DNA from: Bdellovibrionales bacterium
Lineage (GTDB): Bacteria; Bdellovibrionota; Bdellovibrionia; Bdellovibrionales; JAUICD01
Assembly (NCBI GenBank): GCA_965262715.1
Contig: OZ253553.1
Span: 2,016,001 to 2,080,000, forward strand
Reading direction: 5' to 3'
DNA length: 64,000 nt
Position 1 is the stretch's first letter; each line of letters opens with the position of its first letter. Below the pieces are notes generated by a model. It searched no databases, was not told the origin of the DNA, and saw only the letters and a program-made list of their open reading frames with translations. The position numbers were made by a program, and so were the translations under genes. Shown one piece after another: positions 54,880 to 64,000 of the stretch.

Positions 54880-55192
54880 ATGAAAAAATATTTATTAAGT
54901 GGATTTTTTATTTTTATGTTTGCCTTTATATGTCAACTTGAAGTATCTCAAGCACAACCTATGTAATGTACCTATATTATCTATCGATGGAGACTGTGGT
55001 TATATTGATTTCGATAGTCCAAAGAAGGATATTATATTGGATTCCATAAGCATTTTATGTCAGTCTGGTTCATTTAGCCTCATAAAACTAGAAGGCAATG
55101 ATGCCATAATAATTTATGCATGCTCTGGTTCATTTGGGGGAAATCTGTACTCTGTTCTAGACGCAGGTAGAATCAGGAAACAAGATAAATAG
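54880..55192 (+). pseudogene. Frameshifted small secreted Cys-containing protein
   Basis: AAGGAG + MKKYLLSGFFIFMFAFICQLEVSQAQPM* and continuation CNVPILSIDGDCG... in another frame. Confidence 0.5.
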
Positions 55193-55253
55193 AAAATTGT
55201 GTGATTGATTTTTTTAAATTTTAATACAACCTTTTAAGCTGCCTTGTTCCTTA

Positions 55254-56831
55254 CTATTCCCACTCAATAGTTCCAGGTGGCTTACTGGTGATGTCATAAA
55301 CCACTCGATTGATCTGTCTAACGCTATTGGTGATCTTTGTAGACATTTTCTTCAAAAAATGAGTCTCAAAATCAAACCAGTCCGCTGTCATACCATCTAC
55401 TGAATGAACAGCTCTTAAAGCCAAACAGTATCCATAAGATCTGCTATCTCCTTGAACTCCTACCGTCTTTACCGGCAGCAGAACACAAAAAGATTGCCAA
55501 ATTTGATCATATAATCCTTCCTCTTTAAGAGCATTAATGAAAATAGCATCTGCTTCTTGTAAAATAGCAATTTTTTCTGCTGTGATTTCTCCTAAAATCC
55601 TAACAGCTAATCCTGGCCCAGGAAAAGGATGCCTCCATAAAGCCTCATCAGGAATTTGCAGGTGTTTTCCTATTTGTCTAACTTCATCTTTAAAAAACTC
55701 TCTAAGTGGTTCTAAAACCTTTAAGTGCATTTTTTCTGGCAATCCCCCTACATTGTGATGTGTTTTAATAGTGATCTTTTGATTTGAAAACTTAGAAGAA
55801 GAGCTTTCGATCACATCTGGATAAATTGTACCCTGAGCTAACCACTTTATATCTTTGTTTTGCTTTCTAAAATTATCAAAAACATCAATAAATGTTTTTC
55901 CTATTATCTTTCTTTTTGTTTCTGGACAAGTCACCCCTTTCAAAGCTGACAAAAACTTATCACTAGCATCTAAGCCCTCTACATTAAGACCTAAGTTTTT
56001 ATAAATATTCAGCACTTCTTTATATTCATCTTTTCTAAGCAGTCCATTATCAACAAAAACACATCGAACACACTGAGAATCAAGTGTGCGAGTTAAGAGT
56101 GTGGCCAAGACAGTAGAATCCACACCTCCACTTAAAGCGCAAAGGACCTTTTCCTTAGGTTTTACACGAGCCTTAACATATTCTATAGATCTTTCACAAA
56201 AATCCTCTGTTTTCCACTGCTTTGAAAGACCCACCATTTTAAATAAAAAATACTCTAAATATTTTTGGCCGTTATCTGTATGAATCACTTCTGGATGGAA
56301 CTGCAATCCAAGAGATCGGCCATCTGAAATAGCTGCTATTACACCCTGCTGACTTTCTGCTAGAATGATAAAGCTATCAGGCAGTTTGACCACATCGTCA
56401 CTATGACTCATCCACACATGACTTTCTGGAGAAAAATAAGAAGACATGGATGAAAGAGAAAGCTTTTTTTCAGATAGAGCAAAGGGTCCCCAAAGTATTT
56501 TTTGACGGCCGTATTCTCCCTGAGAGGAAGGACAAACACGGCCACCTAAAAAATGAGCCATTAATTGCATCCCATAGCAAATACCTAACAAAGGCGCGAC
56601 CTGATGAATCTCTTTTATATCTTCCCTGAGAGGTGCATTTTTCTGATGCACAGAGCTAGGACCTCCACTCAATATAATAGTAGATGGAGCATATTTTTTG
56701 ATATCAGATAGAGGTAGATCATAGGGATGAATCTCTGCATACACATTTAACTCTCGAATTCTACGGGTAATCAGCTGAGTGTATTGAGAACCAAAGTCTA
56801 AAACTAAAACCTTATTTTGAGTTGCTTCCAT
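55254..56831 (-). CDS. guaA: GMP synthase (glutamine-hydrolysing)
   Basis: LDFGSQYTQLI, GICYGMQ, SGGVDS, HPFPGPGL, KPPGTIEWE. Confidence 0.97.
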   Translation of the reverse strand: MEATQNKVLVLDFGSQYTQLITRRIRELNVYAEIHPYDLPLSDIKKYAPSTIILSGGPSSVHQKNAPLREDIKEIHQVAPLLGICYGMQLMAHFLGGRVCPSSQGEYGRQKILWGPFALSEKKLSLSSMSSYFSPESHVWMSHSDDVVKLPDSFIILAESQQGVIAAISDGRSLGLQFHPEVIHTDNGQKYLEYFLFKMVGLSKQWKTEDFCERSIEYVKARVKPKEKVLCALSGGVDSTVLATLLTRTLDSQCVRCVFVDNGLLRKDEYKEVLNIYKNLGLNVEGLDASDKFLSALKGVTCPETKRKIIGKTFIDVFDNFRKQNKDIKWLAQGTIYPDVIESSSSKFSNQKITIKTHHNVGGLPEKMHLKVLEPLREFFKDEVRQIGKHLQIPDEALWRHPFPGPGLAVRILGEITAEKIAILQEADAIFINALKEEGLYDQIWQSFCVLLPVKTVGVQGDSRSYGYCLALRAVHSVDGMTADWFDFETHFLKKMSTKITNSVRQINRVVYDITSKPPGTIEWE

Positions 56832-57011
56832 AGTGCTTATCTTTTTGCTTTTTAGAAAGTCAGTTAAAAACGACTTGCTATTGTTACAAGGATTTTACCT
56901 CATACCATTATAGATACTTTTAAGCTAATAAGCTTTTAAAGAACAAAAGTCTATGACATTTTTGATTTACTATTTTTAAAATAGTATTGACGAGAAATTC
57001 AAAGATAGTAT

Positions 57012-57539
57012 TTAAAAGGTATTTCTTTTTTTGACACCTATAATTTGACCATCTCTTATCACCATTTCAAAACCTGCTTTTTTAGCTCTCTTCTGATAAG
57101 ATTTGATCAATTCTCTTTTATGCGCTTCTTCTTCTTGCTGCATTAAGGCCAGTCTTCTTGCTTCTAACTCCATATTATTGATATGAGCATCAATTCGATT
57201 TGTAAGACTCTGGCGGTTTCTAGTTTTTAAATTTTCGTTGTTATCACCTTGTTGATCAGTATCTAATTGATCAGAATGAAGCCTAGGAGAAGAAATTTCA
57301 ATAAGCTCCATTTCCTTTGCAATAGACTTAGCTCTTAATTTTTGAAGTTGCACTTTTCGAGTGAGTTGATCAAGGTGATCATTAATTCTTTGATCAGCAT
57401 GATTTTCATGTAAATCATTTGAGTCTTTGGGTACAGAAACAATAGAGGTATCCTCATTGAACACCTCTATATAAAACATACTCATGGCTCCAATTAACAG
57501 AAAGAGTACACCTTTTTTTATTTTCTGCATAACTATCAC
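57012..57539 (-). CDS. Hypothetical membrane-anchored coiled-coil protein
   Basis: N-terminal TM, helical body. Confidence 0.6.
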   Translation of the reverse strand: MIVMQKIKKGVLFLLIGAMSMFYIEVFNEDTSIVSVPKDSNDLHENHADQRINDHLDQLTRKVQLQKLRAKSIAKEMELIEISSPRLHSDQLDTDQQGDNNENLKTRNRQSLTNRIDAHINNMELEARRLALMQQEEEAHKRELIKSYQKRAKKAGFEMVIRDGQIIGVKKRNTF

Positions 57540-57594
57540 AAACCTTTATAAATACTATTTACTTTAACCTAAAATCACTATGCCTTCACAAAAT

Positions 57595-58779
57595 TTATTC
57601 ATTCTCACTTACATAATATTCATACTCAACTGTTATTGTTGTTTCATTTGCTGGTTTTTCATCAAATATATAAGTATTTGAACTTGCATCAAATGTTCCT
57701 GATTGTTCATTCTCTGCAGGTGTAAAAGTCAATGTAATACTATCTTCAATCACGTTATTATACCTAAAAGGGATACTACTGAGAGTTAAACTTGCTTCTA
57801 AATGACTTCCAATATCTATCAGAATACCACTATAATCACCTTCACAGATATCATACGTCTTAGCTGAGAGCTCATCAATAAATTCTCCATAAATCGGAGA
57901 TGCTGTCTGAGATTGGTTTATCTCTTGATTAATACACTCTTGATCATCTTCTTGTACAATAATACCATAAGAAACAAATCGCTTATCAGTGCCAAAAGCG
58001 TCGCTTACAGCTTGAAGCACTTCCGATGGGGTAGTAGGATATACTTCATAAGGTTGTCCTTCTTCGTCATGTCCAGTTTTAGGCTGACCATCTGAAAGTT
58101 CATCTTCATTAGAAAGAATAATTGTCACCAAAGTAGCTGAGTCTCTAAAAAACCCACTGTTTTCACTATTACGTTTATCAATAGCATTTGCGATATTTCT
58201 TAGAGGTACTTCTACACCAGAATCTTCAGCCGGGTTTCCTTTTTCGTCTACTCTTGCACCCTTACCTCCACGGTTAATTGTATTTGAAAAGACCTCTTGC
58301 AAATAATCAGAGTCATCTGACAGATCTGCAGTTAAAATACTAACTTTCTCTCCATCAACCTCAATCTCTCCATCTTCATTTTCTAGATAATAAAAAGTGC
58401 CATGATACCCATCATCTGCCACTACAGGGAAGCTATCATCAGCATTTATAAAGACCATCTGCCAATCAATTAGCAGTTCACTCGTTGATAAACCAGCAAC
58501 TAAGTTACCAAAACTTTCTGCTAATTTTTGTTGATGATGATTCATCGAATTCGAAGTATCTAAAACTATTACTATATCCAATTGTGGCACAGCCAGAGAT
58601 TGTGTAACGTCAAAACTATCTTCTCCAACATTTTCTGTTACTACTATCTCACTTTTTTCGCTTGATAGATTAGAATTAGTAAGACTCACATTCTTACAAC
58701 CTTCTCCAATTGTTAAAAGAACTATAAAACAAACAAATGTAAAGAAATACCTAGTGATTTTTTTCATGACCCCTCCCAA
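57595..58779 (-). CDS. VWA-domain lipoprotein
   Basis: Lipobox-like GEG-C; MIDAS DTSNSM; FFRDSATL..ILSNEDE; DICEGDY. Confidence 0.75.
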   Translation of the reverse strand: MGGVMKKITRYFFTFVCFIVLLTIGEGCKNVSLTNSNLSSEKSEIVVTENVGEDSFDVTQSLAVPQLDIVIVLDTSNSMNHHQQKLAESFGNLVAGLSTSELLIDWQMVFINADDSFPVVADDGYHGTFYYLENEDGEIEVDGEKVSILTADLSDDSDYLQEVFSNTINRGGKGARVDEKGNPAEDSGVEVPLRNIANAIDKRNSENSGFFRDSATLVTIILSNEDELSDGQPKTGHDEEGQPYEVYPTTPSEVLQAVSDAFGTDKRFVSYGIIVQEDDQECINQEINQSQTASPIYGEFIDELSAKTYDICEGDYSGILIDIGSHLEASLTLSSIPFRYNNVIEDSITLTFTPAENEQSGTFDASSNTYIFDEKPANETTITVEYEYYVSENE

Positions 58780-58804
58780 TAATTATTCCCTAGAAATATA
58801 AAGC

Positions 58805-58821
58805 AGCAAATTAGACACCAA
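58805..58821 (-). promoter_or_regulatory. sigma54 (-24/-12) promoter
   Basis: Minus strand TTGGTGTCTAATTTGCT = GG-N10-GC upstream of the VWA gene. Confidence 0.55.
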
Positions 58822-58954
58822 CTTGAAAATTATCTTTTTAAACATTATTTATTTTTTTCTAAGCTTTATTTTTCTCAAAGTGAGAGAAAATGCTGATCTT
58901 TAAAGGCTTTCTTCGGTGTATAATTACTGATCAAATGTTGAAAATTGTTTCACT

Positions 58955-59555
58955 GTTTCACTAAAATGCATCTCGCCTCTGGCCACTTTCTGGCAATGAC
59001 CCTGATGGTCTTACGCCATCAGCAAATAGGTCATTGCCTAGAAAACTTGATGCATTTTAGTAAGGAGACTACCCGCGCTCTTTAACAAAATGTTAAGGGA
59101 ATCGTTTATACCTAAAAATGTATCTCGCCTCTGGCCACTTTCTGGCGATAACCCTGATGACTCCATCAGAAAATGCTTATCGCCTAGAAAACTTGATCCA
59201 TTTTAGTAAGGAGACTCCCTTCGTTCTTTAACAAAATGTTAAGGAAATCGTTTATTATCTCACCGTCTATATCTTCTCCCTCTTACAAATCACCCAAATC
59301 TTTATAGACTAGCAAGAGAGTTGATGTTTTAAGCTAAAGACGAGATCTTCCGCAGAGTCATCGCTCTTTAGCGATGACTCGAGGACTTCGAGGATTAGCT
59401 TAAAACATCAAGTCAAAGATTTTTTCCTTTGTTTTTCTAAAAAACAATATCTCCCTTCACTCTGGCCACTTTCTGGCAGTAAGCTCGACGACTCTCGTCG
59501 TCGTAAAAAGCTGACTGCCTAGAAAGCTTGGGACATTTTTAGTAAGGAGAATATC
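58955..59555 (-). repeat. Three family A repeats, reverse orientation
   Basis: GTTTCACTAAAATGCATC...ATGTTAAGGGAA units at ~58955, ~59106, ~59450. Confidence 0.85.
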
Positions 59556-59664
59556 CTTTATAATAAGCTAAGAGTTGATGTTTTAAGCCAAAGGCGAGAT
59601 CTTCCGCAGAAAAATTGCCATCAGCAATTTCTCGAGGACTTCGAGGCTTGGATTAAAATATCAA
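59321..59664. repeat. Two copies of a ~90-nt hairpin element (family C)
   Basis: 59321-59411 and 59575-59664: TTGATGTTTTAAGC outer stem, conserved internal loop, different apical hairpins. Confidence 0.8.
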
Positions 59665-59844
59665 ATCATTGCCTCAAAGATTTTTTCTTGTTTTTCTAAA
59701 ATTAATTTTTTGCTTGCTTAACAAACAGATTGATATTTTTTTTCAGAAATCCGACATACCAAAAATCAGCGGCCGGAAATAGTTGCCAGGCTGCCGGAAA
59801 AATATGAAGATCCTTTTCATTTCTTTATATCATATTAAGGTATT

Positions 59845-62373
59845 TTATCTTCTACGTCTTGAAGGAGCAGGAGGATAAGCACCACCACGGTTATTACCAC
59901 GGTAGTTGTTGCCACGGTAGTTGTTACCACGGTAAGAATTGACATTACCTCTTCTTCCGCCCCTAGGTACACCTGGCCGTCTACCACCAGTGCCATAGCC
60001 ACCACCGCCGTAGAGACCTCCACCATATTGAACTTGGTGCATTTTTTGTACAAGCTGTTGAATTTCCATTTGTAAGGAAAAGACTGTTTGTTGTCTAGCC
60101 ATTTGGGAAGACTGAAAATCTCTTTGCATATCCATCATACGTTGATAATGTTCCATACCCAAACCGCCACCGCCGCCGAATGGGCCGCCGAAGCCACCGC
60201 CTCCAAATGGGCCACCAAAACCGCCACCGCCGAAGCCACCGCCTCCAAATGGGCCGCCAAAACCGCCGCCACCGCCGAAGCCACCGCCTCCAAATGGGCC
60301 GCCAAAACCGCCGCCACCGCCGAAGCCGCCGCCTCCAAATGGGCCACCGAAACCTCCACCGCCGCCAAAACCGCCGCCACCGCCGAAGCCGCCGCCTCCA
60401 AATGGGCCGCCAAAACCGCCGCCACCGCCGAATGGACTACCCCCAAAAGGGCTAAAGCCACCATAACCTGGCATCATAATATTGCCATGAACGCCACCAT
60501 AGAGTGGGCTAAAGCCACCACCAAAAGGCATTCCAAAGGCTCCATGCATACCACCGCCACCACCATAGCCGTAAGGCATGCCGCCAACGCCATAAGGGTT
60601 CATCATACCCTGAGGGCCCATACCATACATGCCACCAAAGCCAGGACCACCTGCACCACAGCCAAAGCCTGCTCCTGAGAACATAGATCCATAAAGGACA
60701 CCAGCTGTCAGTGGAAAGCCATATCTAGGTGAAGGAGGAGGTGATTGACTGATCATTCGGGCAAATGCAGAGGCTTTCCTATGTGATCTATGGGTAAAGT
60801 ACATACCAAGGCCATCAAGAACACCAGAAATAGCCATTTTACCCCAGAAGCCTTTACCAAATTGTTGTTGATTGCAAGTAGCGCAATAACCATCTTCTCC
60901 TGGATTTTCTCTATATCCTCTCCCTCGTCTTCCTCTTCCTCTTCTTGCATCTCTTATTCTTTCTTCTTCATCTTCTTCTCTTTCTTCAGCTCTATTGAAA
61001 TCGTATTGACATTTGTTTAACTCTCTTTTTAATCTTTTATATCGCTTAAGCCTGTTTTCACATCTGCCTCTTCTAGCAAATCGGCTACCTCCTACTAAGA
61101 GACTGGCTCCGTTTCTAACTCCTTGTCTCAGTGCTCCGCATATTCTTTCTACAGTCATATTCACACATAGTTTTCCACCTACATCTATACCTACAACATT
61201 GATGCCACCTCCCTCACAAGATGGAGTACAGCAAAAGTTGTAGATATTATTAACATTCGTGGTATTGTTGGTAACACTGCTATTGTCAATAATCGCTGGT
61301 GTTGGTTCTGCTGGAGGTGTTGGTGGATCTGCTGGAGGAGGAGGAGGAGGAGGTGGTGGTGGAGGAGGAGGTGGTGGTGGAGGAGGAGGAGGAGGAGGAG
61401 GAGGAGGAGGTGGTGGTGGAGGAGGAGGTGGTGGTGGAGGAGGAGGAGGAGGAGGAGGAGGTGGTGGTGGAGGAGGAGGTGGTGGTGGTGGAGGAGGAGG
61501 AGGAGGAGGTGGTGGTGGAGGAGGAGGTGGTGGTGGTGGAGGAGGTGTACAATGATTATCCTGCAGACACCGCGTACACGGAGTTCCAGCCATCAAACAG
61601 TCATCGTGACATAGCTCCTGAGTACAAGCTGCATGAGGATGGGCGTGATTAGGTCCCCCACCTGTATCATCTGCTTGAGCGGATGAAGGAAATAACAGAG
61701 AAGCTAAGACAGGAAATATTCTATCAATACTACTACTCTCTTCTAACTTACAACATATCCGCTGATTATCACCTTCACTGTCGTTGTTACCACGATACTG
61801 ATTGAAGCTTCCTCTTCTTCCACCTCTAGACCCAGCTCCTCCATATCTTCTAGGCCGCCTATTACCGCTGCCACTATCTCCAACTTCGAGAAGATCCATA
61901 AGAGATTTAGGGTCTTCTGGCACCTGACCTTGTGGACAACCCACATCTTTTCCATTCACCATTGTCCCTGATTCTTGCATAGCAAATAATGAGTCGTCTA
62001 AACCATTTTCAAGCCCGTCATTGATCTCCTCTAGTACCTCTTCTAAATCTTCTTCTATCTCTTCACATTCTTCTCCTATATCATCTAAGGAAGGACGATC
62101 GCGATGACTAGGACACTGACTGGCCCCCATAGAAACACCACCAGCATGGTAGGGACGATATTGTCCCCATACTTTTTCAGATGGGATTGAAAATAAAAAT
62201 AAAAATAAAAGACTTAACAAGATTGTTTGAAATCGGGCAATCAGGCACGCTTGCAAACTGACATTTAAAGTTTGACTAAGTCCCTGTCTGCCAGATTGCC
62301 GGATTGCCGAATTACCTGCTTGCCAGAAGAAAACGTTAGAAAGTAAAACAGTTATTTTTGTAAAAAAATACAT
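59845..62373 (-). CDS. Secreted low-complexity protein: Cys motifs, 71-Pro tract, GGF/GGPF repeats, basic tail
   Basis: 842-aa ORF; CCT/CCA run 61333-61545; Gly-rich 60165-60660. Confidence 0.8.
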   Translation of the reverse strand: MYFFTKITVLLSNVFFWQAGNSAIRQSGRQGLSQTLNVSLQACLIARFQTILLSLLFLFLFSIPSEKVWGQYRPYHAGGVSMGASQCPSHRDRPSLDDIGEECEEIEEDLEEVLEEINDGLENGLDDSLFAMQESGTMVNGKDVGCPQGQVPEDPKSLMDLLEVGDSGSGNRRPRRYGGAGSRGGRRGSFNQYRGNNDSEGDNQRICCKLEESSSIDRIFPVLASLLFPSSAQADDTGGGPNHAHPHAACTQELCHDDCLMAGTPCTRCLQDNHCTPPPPPPPPPPPPPPPPPPPPPPPPPPPPPPPPPPPPPPPPPPPPPPPPPPPPPPPPPPPPPPPPPPPPPPPADPPTPPAEPTPAIIDNSSVTNNTTNVNNIYNFCCTPSCEGGGINVVGIDVGGKLCVNMTVERICGALRQGVRNGASLLVGGSRFARRGRCENRLKRYKRLKRELNKCQYDFNRAEEREEDEEERIRDARRGRGRRGRGYRENPGEDGYCATCNQQQFGKGFWGKMAISGVLDGLGMYFTHRSHRKASAFARMISQSPPPSPRYGFPLTAGVLYGSMFSGAGFGCGAGGPGFGGMYGMGPQGMMNPYGVGGMPYGYGGGGGMHGAFGMPFGGGFSPLYGGVHGNIMMPGYGGFSPFGGSPFGGGGGFGGPFGGGGFGGGGGFGGGGGFGGPFGGGGFGGGGGFGGPFGGGGFGGGGGFGGPFGGGGFGGGGFGGPFGGGGFGGPFGGGGGLGMEHYQRMMDMQRDFQSSQMARQQTVFSLQMEIQQLVQKMHQVQYGGGLYGGGGYGTGGRRPGVPRGGRRGNVNSYRGNNYRGNNYRGNNRGGAYPPAPSRRRR

Positions 62374-62638
62374 ATAAAACCTAGTATGATATATGTTTAC
62401 ATATCTTCAGATTCTCTATCGTCATTGAGATGTTATTTCTTAAGGTTTGAACCCTAGCACAAAGTCCATAAAACCCTTAAATTCTCAAAAGAATCCAATA
62501 TTATAATACCCCTACAAACCTATCTATTTTATTTGATGATCTTTTATATTTTGACGGATTGAGAGGATTTGATAATGTATGAAAATTTTTAAAACAAAGT
62601 GCACCTGTTATATGAATCTTGGTAGATATATAAAGGTT

Positions 62639-62794
62639 AGAAAACTATGGTAGGTATCTGATCTAGCTCAGGCCAGTGCCTCAGGAAATAAAATTTTTGT
62701 TAAAATACTTTATTCTATAATAAAATCACAAAATGAAAGCAGTAGAAGGCACGGAGGTTGCCTGCTGCTAGTGAAGATGCCTACCATAACTCTC
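62639..62794. repeat. Structured ~155-nt element (family B, copy 2)
   Basis: TATGGTAGGTATCT...AGATGCCTACCATA; homologous to 5053-5207. Confidence 0.7.
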
Positions 62795-62834
62795 TTATAC
62801 AATTTATGTAAATATGTAAAAAGGCCAATCAAAG

Positions 62835-63419
62835 TTATTTAAGGCATTCTTTTGTGATAAACTCTTTTTCCCAAGAGGAGTGCAACATCACACAACCAAA
62901 CAATTTAGCCTCCATCCCTTTAGGGAAAGCAAAAAGCACTTCTTGTGAAAAAGTGCTAGACTTGTTTTTTAGCTTTCCTGTAATTTGTATTTTCGCTCTG
63001 TAATCTGTAGAAAATTTATTTTCCCCAGCCTTTTTTAATTGTAAAAGCTGCCATTTATTTGCAAGTAGAGGCGTAATAGGATCCTGCACATCTGTTGGAG
63101 GCCCAGGAAGAGACAATCTATATTTAGTCTTTCTTTCCAAACAGCTTGGCTTAACAAGTGTGGATCTTGTCTGCCCCCACATTTCAGCTTGCATCCAATC
63201 AGCAACCAATCCCTTTGCAACCTTATCATTAACAGGATAGGGACAAGACATTCTAGATGGTTTTTGTTTTGTAGCTGTTGATTTTTTAACAGCCTTTGCC
63301 TTCTCCTGCACAGATGTCTTTGGATTGGTTTTAAGATCACCAATAACCACTTGAGATATTGATAAGCAAAAAACTAAGCTTAAGTTTAAAAAGATTATTC
63401 GACGCCGTATGTTGGACAT
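62835..63419 (-). CDS. Secreted hypothetical protein
   Basis: Signal peptide, paired Cys. Confidence 0.65.
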   Translation of the reverse strand: MSNIRRRIIFLNLSLVFCLSISQVVIGDLKTNPKTSVQEKAKAVKKSTATKQKPSRMSCPYPVNDKVAKGLVADWMQAEMWGQTRSTLVKPSCLERKTKYRLSLPGPPTDVQDPITPLLANKWQLLQLKKAGENKFSTDYRAKIQITGKLKNKSSTFSQEVLFAFPKGMEAKLFGCVMLHSSWEKEFITKECLK

Positions 63420-64000
63420 TGGTTTTCCTCTTGGTTAATACAATCACCTAAACACTCTTTATGTTTTAATTTTGGACGTTCACCTTCTGGAGTTGTACAA
63501 TCTGGTTCATCTTTTTCATCTTTATGCCGTATCACTTTTAAAAATTCATTATCTGGTCCTGCATTAGGTATAATATTTGTTGGATTATTTCGATTCCAAC
63601 GTTTTTTGCAGATATTACTTAAGTATGCTCTCATTTTTGGCCACATAGGATCTTCTATATATTTTCCATTCTCCACATCCCACTTGTCGCCAGTAGGCAC
63701 TTCTGCTAGCCCTATTTTTTTTGCAGAAAAAATATAATTGCTAAACTCATTTTTATCTTCTTCAGTCCAGCAATCAGCTTCTAAGCCTCCTGCTGCCTTG
63801 CATTCATCTATATATTTTCTCATACCATAAGTGATACTTTGACCATGATTGAGAGATAGATATTCACTAAACTGCAGACTAGCTGGTCCAGCAGTTGTTC
63901 GAGAAGAATGATTAACCCTAATTTGCAATTGATCAAACCTGATATTTTTTTCATCACAATCTTCTTTCTTGGTAGGTTCTCTAAAAACCGGCTGTTCTAC
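63395..64000 (-). CDS. Hypothetical protein, 5' end outside window
   Basis: ORF 63395-63928 starts at TTG and the frame appears open to the window edge. Confidence 0.55.
   Translation of the reverse strand, partial: VEQPVFREPTKKEDCDEKNIRFDQLQIRVNHSSRTTAGPASLQFSEYLSLNHGQSITYGMRKYIDECKAAGGLEADCWTEEDKNEFSNYIFSAKKIGLAEVPTGDKWDVENGKYIEDPMWPKMRAYLSNICKKRWNRNNPTNIIPNAGPDNEFLKVIRHKDEKDEPDCTTPEGERPKLKHKECLGDCINQEENQCPTYGVE

Noticed and set aside
59835..61955. Overlapping poly-G, poly-E/V, poly-S/T and Ala-rich ORFs
   Set aside because: Alternative frames of the low-complexity 59845-62373 gene

Overview
AT-rich bacterial chromosome segment. The pilin type, VWA lipoprotein, sigma54-type promoter and secreted ankyrin proteins suggest a host-associated Bdellovibrionota/Deltaproteobacteria-like organism (inference). 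Housekeeping genes are dapA, gcvP, efp, NAMPT, citrate synthase, nadE, pilA, dnaE, guaA and tRNA-Ala(GGC). Accessory content: (1) a tandem array of five mosaic, secreted ankyrin-repeat paralogues with an IS5/IS903-type insertion; (2) a decayed ~13 kb island at tRNA-Ala carrying type III R-M, a Dsr1-like SIR2 protein and a UvrD helicase, whose serine recombinase gene appears to have been split by integration (an orphan C-terminal HTH reading frame starts exactly at the far att core); (3) a toxin-antitoxin/defence cluster (NYN RNase with structured leader, AbiE, RhuM, Rpn with intragenic antitoxin) plus IS481 and an IS1634 with a 294-bp target duplication; (4) a secreted protein with 71 consecutive prolines. 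The main unexplained signal is a family of about 20 ~150-nt intergenic repeats with a conserved multi-stem fold, compensatory changes and GNRA tetraloops. Three smaller structured repeat families and a pair of 11-6-11 palindromic sites upstream of pilA are also present. No CRISPR array or rRNA was seen. All assignments come from reading motifs by eye; no searches were run.
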